Of a DNA stretch of 64,000 nucleotides, positions 50,001-62,068 are shown piece after piece. How positions within the stretch are numbered: position 1 is the stretch's first letter; every line of letters starts with the position of its first letter. A program made the position numbers and the translations under genes. Where the stretch lies: the NCBI GenBank assembly GCA_028534125.1, contig CM052817.1:1180001-1244000 (forward strand). The letters are read 5' to 3'. The stretch is from Lama glama. Taxonomy: Eukaryota. Below the pieces are notes generated by a model. That model made no database searches. It was given only the letters and a program-made list of their open reading frames with translations, and was not told where the DNA came from.

Positions 50001-50642
50001 CCCTTAAAAAGGGACTTCTGTCCCCAGGAAGGGGACCCTTTCACTGGTCTCCGGAGTTTCACTTGTGCCAGGAGGCTGGGTGGGAGCGGTGGGCACCGTG
50101 CAAGCGGTGGGGGCCCAGGGCAGGGCCTCCGTGAGTCTGCTTTGTGCAGGCCCCTGGGGTCCGGGGACTCAGCCCAGTAACGGGGCTCGGCCCTTGGAGA
50201 CAGTCGGAGAGACGCCTCTGCCCGCGGCGAGCAGAGGTCAGGGCGAGCAGCCCCACGCTGCTCTGAACCGCGCCTCAGTTTCCCCAGACCCGCAAGGCAA
50301 CGGCCTGCGATCCTGACAACTTTTTTCCTGCCCGGAAAAGTCCAGAACAACTCGGGGGCGGGGAGCGGCTGCGGGACGAGACCCCGGGCGGCGGGCGCTG
50401 TACGCGTGGCACTGTTTACGCGAGAGGCCGAGGAGGCGCGGCCCGCAGGAAGATGGCGACGGCGCGGGCGGGGCCGGCCGGGAGGGGCTGCCGAGGCCCA
50501 GGCACACCTCCTCCTCCAGGCTGGCCGCCGGGGCGCACGGCGGTGGCCCGGCTGCGGGCTGGGGTCAGGCCGGGGGAGGGCGCTCGGGGGCGTGAGCCCC
50601 CGGCCCCAGGCCGGGGCGGGGGCGCCGCGCGAGGGGCGGTAC

Positions 50643-50742
50643 CTGTTGTTCGGGGCCTTGCGCACCAGGCCGGCCGCCTTTGTTTTCTTCCTGGCGAAGT
50701 CGCCGTCGAAGGGCAGCACCGAGGCGTAGCCGTGCTCGGCCT
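50643..50742 (-). CDS. MXD4: MXD4 coding exon 2 (100 nt)
   Basis: ctccgcag|AGGCCGAG...AACAG|gtacc; (E)AEHGYASVLPFDGDFARKKTKAAGLVRKAPNN. Confidence 0.96.
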
Positions 50743-50839
50743 CTGCGGAGAGACGGCGCGGTCAGCGGGCCCCCGCCCCGGCCCCGGCCCCGCCGCCCGC
50801 CCGCCCGCGGCCCGGCGCACAAAGGGGCGCGGGCGCTAC

Positions 50840-50903
50840 CTCGGTCCCTGCGCTCCAGGTACTCGGCCGCCTCCAGCAGGATCAGCAGGGAGTTCAGCTC
50901 CAT
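50840..50903 (-). CDS. MXD4: MAX dimerization protein 4, coding exon 1 (Sin3-interaction domain)
   Basis: MELNSLLILLEAAEYLERRDR contains the MXD-family SID helix. Donor GAG|gtagcg; 64 nt. Confidence 0.96.
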
Positions 50904-53859
50904 CCTCCCGCCCGCCCGCCCGCGCGCGTTCCGGGACGGCGGCGGCCGCTGCCCGGCCCGCTCCGGCCGGCTCCGCTCGCCGCCCGCCCCGCGCGCCCGG
51001 CGGCCCCACTTCCCCGACTCCCGCGGACTCCCTGCGCGCTCGGCCGCCACCCTCCGCCTCGGGCCCTCAAATTGACACATAAGGGCGAGCGGCGGCCGGC
51101 TCAGCCAATGGAAGCAGGCACTCCGGCTCCGGGGGCGGGCGTTGGGCCGGCCCGGGGCCAATGAGAACCGGCCGAATGCCTCGGGCCGGACCGAGAATGT
51201 TGACAGATGCGGAGCTTGGTTCCGATAGGCCCGCCGCAGTAGTAACAATTTAGAAGCCCAAGCTTAGCAACAGCACGTGGTGGCCCGGCCCCCGCGCTCG
51301 CTGACTGGCGGTCGGCGTGCATGTTAAGTAGGCGCCGCGTGCCGATTGGCCCAGAGCAGTCTATGTAAAATAGGTTCCGAGGACCAATGGCGGGCGGCAG
51401 GGCGCGCGGCCAATGAGGGCGCCGCGGCCGGACGCGTTGCCGAGAGGAAGCTGAGAGCGGTGGGACGGCCCGCCGCCCGGCTCTGCGCGAGAGCCCGTTA
51501 GGGCGCGGGGCGCGTCGCGAGCGCCAGGCAGGTCTGCCGCGTGTGCACACAGTGCGCAGGAATGTGCCGGCCTCGGACCCGCTGCCACACTGGCTCCGCG
51601 GAAGCACGGGACCTTGCGGTCTCTTCGGGGGTCTCCCGTGGGGCCGCGAAATGACCGCCCTCCGCTCTGGACACAGCGTGACCCCAGAAAAGGCTGAGTC
51701 TTGGAGAAGGGGCATAGACGGTGTGAGCCTAAGGGCTAGGCCTCCTTGGGGATCTCGATGGGGAATCTGATCCCCGGGGCAGGAGGGATCCCTCAAGAGC
51801 TCCCCAGTGGACCTTCGGGCTGAAGGAGGGGTCTGAGAAGATAAGGGAGGCAAAGATCTGCCCCACAGCCTGGAGGGGCTCCCGTGAGTGCAGGGCTCAG
51901 GGCTCACGTCTAGTTTATAGGTGGGGACATTCCAAGAGGCCAGCTCTGGTCCCCTTTGGCCATGTAAGCACCTTCTAGGGAAGAGAGTTGCCCTCCATGG
52001 GAGGGGAGAGAGCGCTTCATAGGCCCTAGTGACCCCTGAACCTAGGCTGTCCCGTAAGAGCAGAGACTGGCAGCCTGGGGGCAGCTGCAGTCTGGCCTCA
52101 GTCCCCCTTGATTTTCCCTCCCACTGGTTGTTGAGATTGCTGGCCTGAGGGCTCTTGCAAAGGGGGCCAGGAGGCTGGAGAGTATGGGGTATAAGGTGAC
52201 TGGACCCCCAACAGAAGTTCTATATGGGGAAGGGACACACTGCTGCTGCCAACAAAACAGAAAACTAAAACCCTGACACTTTCAGTTCTAGGACCTATTG
52301 AACGCTTTATATGCATTTCTTGGTGTTTCTGCAGCCTCAATTTACAGCTAAGGAAAGTGGGGATCCCGAGGTTTAGGGACTTGCTAGGGTCTCCCAGCAA
52401 CACCAGCAGAGCAGAGATTAGTGCTCCCCATGCACGTGCCCCCCGGCTGAGCCAGCCTAGCTCGCTGGGGTGGGGCATCACAGCTCTGGTGATCTGAAAA
52501 ACGGGGTGAGGAATATGTGCCCCACAAGGGGTGACAGGACCCAGTGGGGAACTTGGAAACTGCTATCAGACAGCCCTGTGTGGACACTGAAACAGTCCTC
52601 TGATGTTAACCGCGGCCCTGCCTGCTCCTGCCCCACAATCACCCCAGGGCCAGACCAGAGTCCCTAACAAGAGCGGGGTGCTGTGGCCCTCCAGGTTAGC
52701 AAGGTAGATGGCGCCCAGCTCTGGGGAGGCCCAGCTGCATTCTGGGCTCCAGGGTGTAGGAGGCCTGACCCCTGGCTCACCACTTGCTGGTCAGCATCTT
52801 GCAAGGGCACTCCATCCCTCCTTATGTGAGGGGTAGATTGCTGGCCCCAGTCCTAAAGCCTACACCTGTGCTGGTGTGTGTGCACCTGCCGGATGCCCGC
52901 CCTCCTTCCTCCCTTGGGACAGAAGTCTCAGCGGACAGCACCGGGCCCACGTGTGACAGCAGGGGCCCGGTGCTTGCTGCCTCCAGCCTGAGGAGAGGGG
53001 TGGTCCCTACCTTGCCTCCAGTTACATCTAGGCCATTCCAGGTTCCCCTTCCCCAGCCACAACCGGGATGGGCCACTGCCTGTTGCCCATGGGTCCACAC
53101 TGCCTGTGAGTGTGGGTGCCACCGCACCACAGAGAGGTGGGGGAGAAGTGGGCCGGGCCCACCACGGGACCGAGGGCCTGGTCAGAAGGGCCCAGGCCTG
53201 GCACGGGCAGAGGTGTGGAGGCGGCAGTGGAGGTGGGGCAGCCAGCCCAGAGGCCCCATGCAGGCCCAGCAGCGAAGGGGAGGTGAGAGGCTGTGGGAGG
53301 GTGGGCGATGCCGGAGCTCCCAGGGGGGTCCTGGAGGACGCTGAGCTGCAGGTCGGGGGTGCTTGAGGAGAGAATGTATAGGGGAATGGACTTGCCAGGA
53401 ATCTGCCCAGTCTCCACATGCAGGACCTCAGCATGCTCCCCACAGGCTCATTTCTGTAGGGCAGGTCTCCAGCAAAACCACAAGGCCTCCTCCAGGGGGC
53501 ACTGGAGTGGATTCCTGCTGCTACCAGTGTGGCCAGGCCCAGTATCCTGGGGAGGAGGCTGAGAGGGAGGGGTCAGGGCTGGAATCCTCCCCCAGCCTGA
53601 AGCTGCCTCTCCTCAGACCAGGGGGTGTCGGGTTCAGACAGCTCCCTGCAGGCAGGTTCCGGGTCTGTGAGGCCCAGGGACAGAGGTGACCTGTGGGGTC
53701 ATCAGGTGCTGGAGGGCCATGCGTAGCCCAGCATCGCGATCAGCCTTCCAGAAGCCTTGGCTCCACCGCACTGAGATGCCTGGTGTGTGCCAGGACCGGG
53801 GTGGGGGGGGTAGTTCTGGGGAGCTTCTGTCACTGGGTCCCTCCCCTCAGACCATCCTG

Positions 53860-53980
53860 GATTTCAGTCTGGCCACAAGACCTTGGCCAAGTCACGTAAA
53901 CCTCTCTGAGCCTCAGTTTTCCCAGCTATAAGATGGAGCTGGCAGTAGCCGCCTCTTAGGGTGGTTGTGGGGTGTGATGA
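53860..53980 (+). mobile_element. MIR SINE remnant
   Basis: gaccttggccaagtcacgtaaacctctctgagcctcagttttcccagctataagatgg...gggtggttgtg, the MIR core. Confidence 0.75.
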
Positions 53981-54505
53981 AGGAAGGGTGCAGATTCAGC
54001 CCTGAGCAGCTGTGAGCTGGGCACAGGGGTGGGGGGACGGCAGGAAGTGGCAGGGATATTAACATCAGCCCCACATCAGCAAGTCGCTTCTAACCCTGGG
54101 CCCTCCACACGGGGGAAATGGGTGTGGCCTGCCCTGTCACAGTCAGTCAGTGTCAGAGTCACATCGCATGGCCCCCAAGCCGCCCAGCAGAGGGCACCAG
54201 GCCAGGACTCCGAGCATTTGGGGGCCTTCTAAAAAGCTTAGCACTCAGGAAAACTGTCTCCAGAATACAAGGCAGCAAAGTCAAGATGCGTGAAATGAAA
54301 TAAATGTTTGCGTAGCCTAATGTAATGTCAACGCTATTTTCAAATTTAAAATGAGAAAAAAGCTCATTATATTTGTGAACATTTTGTGGGGTAGATTTTT
54401 TTTCTCCCTTTACAGGTTTTCCCACTATACTTGATGACCCCTGGACAATTTTAAATGAAATTAAGTTTTTTTGTAGCCAAAAATGTCTAAAAGCAGAACA
54501 ATAAT

Positions 54506-54636
54506 GGGGAGGGTATAGCTCAAGTAGTAGAGCGCATGCTTAGCATACACAAGGTCCTGGGTTCAATCCCCAGTGCCCCCTCTAAAAATAAAGAAATAAG
54601 TAAATCTAATTACCCTCCCAAAATAAAAAATAAATA
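54506..54636 (+). mobile_element. Full-length tRNA-Ala-derived SINE (vic-1-like)
   Basis: GGGGAGGGTATAGCTCAAGTAGTAGAGCGCATGCTTAGCATACACAAGGTCCTGGGTTCAATCCCC plus an A-rich tail; imperfect TSD aaaagca(g/a)aacaat on both sides. Confidence 0.9.
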
Positions 54637-57600
54637 AAAGCAAAACAATGAAACTTTCTTTTAGACACTTTTTACAGGAAAAAAAGTTATGATGGAAGGA
54701 TATGATGCAGATCCAGGCACTTTCTGTGGTGTCAGGCGTGACCTCCAAAGGCAGGAGGGCCAGGACCCGACAGCTCAGGCTGGCAGCCTCCTCCACTCCC
54801 CGGGGCTGGGCCCAGGTTCAGGAGGGGCAGGACAAGGGGCCCAGCTTGGCCCTGCTGCTGCCCCAAGGCCCCTAGTGGCTGTTGCTAAGGGCCCTTTCTT
54901 CCCTGGGGCCTGGAGAGGAAGAGCCCGGGGTAGACAGGTATCCCCCTCCCTCGAACCACAGGGGCTCTGGGGCTCACCCCAGCACCTCTCTGCCAGCCCT
55001 ACCTTCTGGGCTTCTCTGGCCTAGGCCTTCCGGCCTGCGTCCCCACCTCCTCCAGGAAGCCGGCTGGGCTTTCTAGGCCATGCCCTGGGGGTGGGGGTGG
55101 GGGCTTCACTTCACCCAGGCTGCTAGTCTCGGGCTGGATGCTCTGAGGGCCTGAGCCTGGGAAACCCACCCCGACTCCCTGTCCCTGCGCCCCAGTCATC
55201 TAGCTGCTTCTAGACCCAGAGGGCAGCTGATCAGGCTCTGGCAAGTGTGCCCTGAACTGCCTCCACCAGATGGTGTGGAGGCCTCTCAGATCACGGCCCT
55301 CAAGGCTCAGCAGGGCCCTGGTGATGGAGGTTCGGGGAGACAGCAAGGTCAAAGCAGTGACTGTGGCCCAGCCATGTGACTGCCTCTGACAAAGCTGGGG
55401 ACCCTGGCTTCTGCCCCACCAGCCCATCCCCACTCCAAGGGGTCCAAACCACAAATCTGACCATGTCCATCCTTCTCAAAGCCTGGCATTCGGTGCCCGG
55501 GGTGACCACCATCTGTGCTCCACCCTCAGTGGGATCATCACCATTTCTAACTCTGGGCTGTTCTGGGTCTCTGTGACATCCTGCTCACCCTCCAAGGCCC
55601 AGGTGGCTCAGCCAGGTTGCATGGCCCCCAGACCTGCAGACCCCCCAAAGGCAAGGCAGGCCTGGAGTGTCTAGGGGGCACATCTTTGTCCAGCTCAGGT
55701 GCAGGATCCAGCCCTGAGTAGTCCCACACTCTTGGAACCAGGTGAGCACACCGGAAGAGCCCAAGCCACACTTGTGTTTTTAAGTCTTTGAGGTGAGATT
55801 ACGTTTGAGTGACTTCTCCGTGCTGGCCTGGAATCTGCCCTGCCCCAGTCTCAGAGGCCGGAGAGGCTCTGAGAGGCTCACTGACTCCTGCGAAGTGTCC
55901 CAGGCTCTGAAAATGTGTGTGAGGGTGGGGGCTGGGGAGCACCCCTGTCGAGAAGGCTGCCTGGAGGAGGTGGCTCTGGGCGGGCCTAAGAGGAGACAAG
56001 AGCCTCCAGGACTCTGGGTCATGGGGGTGGCATAGGGTGGGCACTTTGGGTCCTGCTCACCTCCCCCCAGTTTCCACTGCAGTGTCTATTGAACAGAAAG
56101 AGCTGGGAATGCTGGAAAGTTGCCCCTCTCCATGGTGCTGTCAGGGCCCACCCCCAGCCTGGTGGTTTGAAGTACCCAGTTCTGACCAGTACCCACCTTC
56201 CCCACTCCTCCAGTCATGTAGGGTATGCTCTGCCCTGCCTGTGGTCCTTGCTGGGCCAGAACCCTCTCTGGACTCTCCACCCCTCACTCCACTGCAGGAC
56301 ATGGAGGATTAGGTCCTGGCCACTGGGCACATCTGTGCTGGGGCCCTGTGGGCTCCTGGAGGGCCCACCCACAGTGGGGCAGCCACTGCAGGCAGCCCTC
56401 CAGTTGCCCCAACCCCTGGCAGGCAGGCCACGCTGGGGGTGGGCGCCCCCTGGTGGCCACTAGGGGCTGCAGCAGGGACCGTGGAGGGAGCCCAGCCTGG
56501 GGACACGTGGGGGAAAGGGAAGCATCCCTCAGCCCTGTCCTTCCCACTTGCCTCCTGGGGCGACGTTGTCCGCCATCACCAGCCTCGGGGCACTGTCTGT
56601 CTCCCCTGTGGGGTGCCTGCCTGCCTGCCTGCCTGGGCGTATTTGTAGGGACCGATGAGCCACAAGTAGGGCAGACAGCAGGGGCATCTCCAGAGGCCAG
56701 GGTGTGTGGAAGTGGGAGGGGCCTCAAGTGAGCTGAGTCTGCAGTGGAAGGGGCGGGGCCAGGAGCGGAGGCGGCCTTCTCCCCACCCCAGAGCCACCTC
56801 CCCAGGGCCAGGCTTGGCGGCTCTTTCTGCCCCAGGGCCTTCTAAGCCCCCTGGACACAGAGAGCTCTGGAAACTCCCACCCCAGACCCTCTATCCTTTG
56901 ACTTGGTGGCCTGCCTTATGGGGGGCTGCCAGCTGTGTCCGGGTCCCGAGAACACCTGGTGGCCCGGCCAGGCCCAGGGCCTCCGCCTGTCCCCAGAAGC
57001 TCGTGGGGGCTGGTTTTGAAGCACACGGTGGCCTCCTTCCCAGGACTGCGCGTGGCCTGGGAAGAGGGGTGAGGCAGGCTCCTGGCAGGGGTTGGTCACC
57101 CTAGGCAGCTGACGTTCCAGAAGGCACTGCTGTCCAGCCAGACACCGGTGCAGCCATCCACAGGGATGGGAGGGACTCTGTCCAGATGGGACCCGGCTTG
57201 GGCAGCTAGAGACACCAGGTCTCCCTGGATGCCACTTCTCTCTGCTCCCAGAGAACCCAGCACTGCTGAGAGGAGCCCCGTGTCCTGACACACTTTCTCA
57301 CCGACTAGAAAGAAAATGGGCATGGTGGCCGCTGGACATCTTGCAGCCGTGCCCCTGTTCTCAGAGGGACTGGGCACTCAGGTCCCAGGGGCTCAGCCTC
57401 CAAGACCTGAGGAAGGCCCCGTCGCCTTGGCGACCCTCGGGTTTGGTCTGCCTTCCTGCATGCTGTTCAGGGCACTCCAGCGGGCAGCCCCTGCAGCGTG
57501 GGGGTGTAGACCAGGACCACTAGGGTGGGGAGGCCCTGAAGTGGAGTGTCCAAGAGCACTGTCCACCCCAACACATGCACTGGCCAGGGGTCTGAGCTAA

Positions 57601-57849
57601 AGAACATGAGACCAGGAGCTGGGCAGGGTGGGCAGGCAGTGGGGAGACTGTCGCAGGTTGTGGGGTGCAGTGGGGGGAGGGGTGGGGTCCAGGTGACCAC
57701 CCTTCTCCTGGGGGCTGGTGGGGAGCCAAGTCCTGCCCTTTGACTGTCCCAAGAGTCCGGAAGCCCCCAGCTTCCTAGAGGAGAATGCACTCTAGTAACA
57801 GCCCCATCACGTCCCAGACTGAAAAAAAGGAGTCCACCCGTAGTTCACA

Positions 57850-58090
57850 CAAGAAATAAAAGCGTCTGCAATCCTTAAATAGATTTATGGAAATGGTTTT
57901 GAATTACAGCATTTAGAAAATAAAGACAATCTCAATACATAATATGCCCTCCGTTACATACTTTTCTTCCCCCACAGAAGCCGTTTTTGTCCGCTGTTCA
58001 ACAGTCATTGGATTTTATCCTATAAAAGAAGCCGGAGGTGTGTCATCTCTCTAAAAATAAAACTGCAATCATCACTGCAATGTGAAGCCT
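57850..58090 (-). terminator. ZFYVE28: Probable ZFYVE28 3'-end region (AT-rich island; CATAAA at 57889-57884)
   Basis: AT-rich island about 1 kb past the stop codon. Variant hexamer followed by U/GU-rich TTTTATTTCTTGTGTG on the minus strand. Confidence 0.5.
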
Positions 58091-58999
58091 GAGATTTAAG
58101 CCTGAGGAGGCGTCCGTGCTGGGGCCGGGGCCACTCTGGAGTCTGAGGGGGCGGGCCAGGGCCCCGGGGGTGCGGAGGGAAGGGGGTAGTGGCAGCCAAG
58201 TGGGCAACGTCCAGTGGTCCTCAGCCACCCAGTGAGTCCTTGCTTCAGATGCTGGGAAACCTCTGCCCGCCTCCTGACCCTCCCCGTCAGCTGGTGGGCC
58301 AGGGCGGGCAGACAGCGGGCACACCTGCTTGCCCAGAGGACCACTGTGTTGGCTTCTGCATTTTCCCTGTTTGAGAAGAAATGAGACTCGTGTTGTTTAG
58401 ACAAGGTCCTGAGGGGAATGGGGTGGGGAGAATTGGGTGGGGGACCATGGGCTCCGGGCCCTGGGGACAGCATGGACAGCCTGGTCTTTCTGGTCTGGTT
58501 AGCACACAGGGAAGCCCTGCGGAGCCCTGAGGCCAGGTCCCTCTCCCCGGGTGTCCACCAGCTGCCCCGGATTTAGCCCCAGGTTCTGAGGCTGCTTGGA
58601 ACTCAGACACTAACCCCACTTCCCCCATCAAGAGCGGGCCTTCTGCTGTGGCTGAGGCTCGAGGCAGCAGTGCAGGGGGGCTGGGGCAGAGGGGCAGGCA
58701 GGAGACGAGCCCACGGCTGCCCAGGCGCCTGGCTCCCCCATGTCCCCCGCTGCTGAAGCTGCCCTCCTGTCGGCCCCTGCAGCTGGCCTGGGTCCCCACG
58801 GGCAGGGAGGCACTGGACATTCCGGAAGTCTGGGAGGCCTGCAGCCCTGCAGCGGCGGCAGCAGCAGCTGGGTGAGATGCAGTGGCAGCCCTCCTGCGCC
58901 CAGCGGCCTGGACGGGGGAGGCGGGAGCGCGGGCCCTCGGTGCCTCCTTCCTGGAGTCCTTCTGGGCCCTTGTGGGTTTGAGGGGCACCTGGCGCCGTG

Positions 59000-59131
59000 T
59001 CATATGCCCGCCTTGTCGCTGTAGAAGGGTGTGACGTGGAACATGTAGCAGTGCGTGCACACGCGGACCGGCTTCACCTGCCCGTAGCGGGGCAGGGGCG
59101 CAGAGTGCGAGGAGCAGCGGGAGCAGAAGAT
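59000..59131 (-). CDS. ZFYVE28: ZFYVE28 last coding exon (132 nt including stop)
   Basis: ccttccag|ATCTTC...; [43 protein letters not shown], with the RVC FYVE motif. Confidence 0.96.
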   Translation of the reverse strand: MFCSRCSSHSAPLPRYGQVKPVRVCTHCYMFHVTPFYSDKAGI

Positions 59132-59708
59132 CTGGAAGGCAGGGGCGGCGGCAGGGACGGTGAGCTGGGGGGGGTCCTCACCCTTCCTGACCTGGGCCTC
59201 TTAGGGACGGTGCAGCCAGGACAGCATCGGAGCCCTGAGCACCCCAGCCTAGCTGCACATTCCTCCCACGCAGACCAGGGAGAGCGTGAGTGGGTGGGGG
59301 TCTTGAAGCTCCCCCTGTGGGACTGGAGCCTTCAGGAAAGCCTGGAATAGGTCTTGGCCCCAGGAGGCCAGGCCGGTGGAGTGGGTCTCAGCTCCACACC
59401 AAGGCTCCTGCAGGCCTCTATTCAGACCCTTCTTCCCCTCCTCATCCCCAGCTCTCATGTGGCCGGTACTGGGCACTGCACCATCGGACCCAGTGAGCTG
59501 AGCGCCTGGAGCCCATGCCCTGTGCCAAGTTAGAGCAGAGCCCGGGGCTCAGGGTGTCTGTACAAGGACCCCAGAGGCCTTGCCAGCCTCCCAGTACATT
59601 GGTCCTGACTTCCAGACCTGTGCGCTGAGTCCGGATGGTCCCTGGGGATGCCTACAGCTACAGGTCCTGGTGCTGTGGGACAACCTCCGGCCACTGCGCC
59701 CCACCTAC

Positions 59709-59812
59709 CTTCCCGCAGCTGCGACAGTGGTGCTTCCTGCGGATGACCGTGAAGGGGGCTTTGCATGCGGTGCAGAAGCCACAGGCCTCATCCGGGACCC
59801 ACTCAGGCGGGT
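59709..59812 (-). CDS. ZFYVE28: ZFYVE28 penultimate exon (104 nt, first half of the FYVE domain)
   Basis: tgtcacag|ACCCG...GGGAAG|gtaggt; (D)[34 protein letters not shown], with the WxxD and RKHHCR FYVE signatures. Confidence 0.96.
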
Positions 59813-61963
59813 CTGTGACAGAAGAGTTGGGGACATGTCAGCCAGAAGGAGCTGTGCCGTGGCGGCAGTGGGGGCCAGTGGGCTGGGGTGGGTCGGAGGC
59901 TGGCAGGTGTGCAGGAGCCTCTGTGGGGTGAGCCCAGGAGACCCTCACCCCCTCAGTCCTCCCCAAGACTTGTTACTGGCTACGGTTTCAGGAAACTGAT
60001 CATGTCCCATGGACAGGTCAGTCTTTGCAGCTGTTGGCCATGCCTCACCCCAGGGCCAGGGCATGGGCAGAGAGTGTGCACGGGGGTAACCCTCTCCCAA
60101 GCCTATCCCTGACAGCAGCCAGCCCAGCAGGGCCCTTGGGCAAAGGTGGGGGCTAAGAAATGATGCCATCAGCCCCCTCTGTTGACCCCTCAGTCAATGC
60201 TCTGTTGCCCCAGGTGCCCCTGCAGCTCAGCCCACCCCAGCTCCAGGGCAGCTCTCAGGTTCTCGGTGGGGGTCGGGGCAGGGGTGGGCACTAAGGGCCC
60301 AGGTAAATGCCCTGCCCCTCTCGACACCTGAGTAGCCCAGGCAGGGCACGTGGGGGCGTCCTTGGGGAATCTGCTCTGGACTTCAGGGGCTTGTTGTCAC
60401 TGGGAGAAGCCAGCTTGCTCTGACAGACAGGCGCTCTCCTCCCATCCCAGACATGAGGTGTCCACCATGCACCAGCCCCGAGGCCAGCACCACACCCTCA
60501 GGGGTATCAGACACCTCGGACGGCTCCCTTGGGCCTCAGCGTGAGCCCAGGGTTCTCCTGGCCACCCTCTCCCGGTGGGGCTCAGCAAGGCCACCCACCC
60601 ATTGGGCCCCCTCGCCTCCCTCTCGCCCTCCTCCTCCCCCACCTGCTCCAGAGGAGCTGCCCCTCCCCCGCCAGGACCCTCCCCCAGCTCTCCAGGCTCC
60701 TTTCTACGCCCCCCACCACAGGGAGGTTGAGTCTCATGCTGCCACCCCCGTGGAAAGTCCTCAGCTGGCCCAAGTGGCGCCCTGGATGGCACTGGTGGGT
60801 TGGGAGGCAAGACCCTTGCCCAAGGAGGACAGTGAGGGTCCCAAGGGCTTCCCGGGCCTGGCACCCACTTTGGTTGAGGCTGGGCCCCCCAGGAGCCAAG
60901 TCCAGGCAGGGGCTGGACAGGCAGCCCACAGAGGGGACATGGCCCTGGCCGTGGGCTGGGCCCCTGCAGACCTTGCAGCTCACTCTTTCATGCCTCCTCG
61001 AGCGGGGGTTCCAAGTTCCTGACAGGCTCTTTATAGCATCATGTCAGTTCCATCAGATGGTGGAGAAGCCTGAGGCTCAGGGCCCGGAGGAAGCAGGGAG
61101 GCTGGTCACCCTCAGAGGATCCTGACAGGCAGCCTCACTGCACAGCTCGGGTGCCAGGCAGCAGGAGGGAGGCCCTGTGCCAGGACCAGCGGGCGAGCCC
61201 AGCCCACCAGGCACACGGAGCACTGTGACCTCTGGCCTACCACGCGGTCAGCCCAGCCTCCTTCTTGGCTCCAGTCACACTGGACACCTGCTCAGGGCTG
61301 TCTGCCGTCACCCGTCTCAGAGCCTCGCCCAGGCCTCCAGCCCCTCAAAGCCTTGAGCCACACCCTCCCCACAGATGTGCTGCCCTCAACCCACCCTGGA
61401 TGCTCCTCTGCTGACTGTCAAACCACCGGGCCTCCAGCCGGCTGACCTCCAGGCTGATGGGGGACAAGGTCCCCTCCTCCCACCCAGCTAGAGTTCCCTG
61501 TAGTGAAGCCCCCACGACTCCTGCAGGCGGCTCCCCAGGCTACCACATGGGGCCTTTCCTGAGGTGCAGGGGTGCAGGCAAGTACTAGGGGTGAGGTGTG
61601 TGCCTGTGCCCTGGGACCAGCCACCTCCAGCTGCAGCCAGAGGCCTGGACGCTGGCATCTCCTTGCTCTGCACACACTCCCTCGGGCCCCCAGGCTGAGG
61701 TGTTCAATAATGGGCCTGAGGTTTGTGGGAGTGGCTAAGAGGGCTGTGCCCACCCTGGGAGCTGAGTAAAGATGCTGGAGTAAGAGGATGCCTCCCCCTG
61801 AGAAGCCACATGCCTAGACGGCCTCTGGGGAGAGGCCTCGCTGGTAGAGCGCTGCCTGCATGCAGCCTCCGTCAGGGCAGAGAGGTAGAAACATCCAGAC
61901 AGGGCCCCTGCTCTCTGATCAGCCTGCAGCGCATTGGGTCCCTGCCCCCAGCCCCTCACGCAC

Positions 61964-62068
61964 CTTCCAAGTCCCCGTCTTGGGTCTTGGCTGCAAGTTC
62001 GGAGGATGACAGGGTCTCCTGGCACAGGGCGCAATCCTCCAAGGCTGCGCTCCGCAGGGTCTGGGTGA
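61964..62068 (-). CDS. ZFYVE28: ZFYVE28 internal exon (105 nt)
   Basis: tctttcttccag|TCACCCAG...TTGGAAG|gtgcgt; (V)[34 protein letters not shown]. Confidence 0.94.

Larger units (their letters stand above)
50100..51700. promoter_or_regulatory. CpG-island promoter of MXD4
   Basis: CpG-dense block covering exons 1-2. CCAAT boxes at 51105, 51158, 51345 (reverse), 51384 and 51410; E-box CACGTG at 51274-51279; RFX-like CTTAGCAAC at about 51263. Confidence 0.9.
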
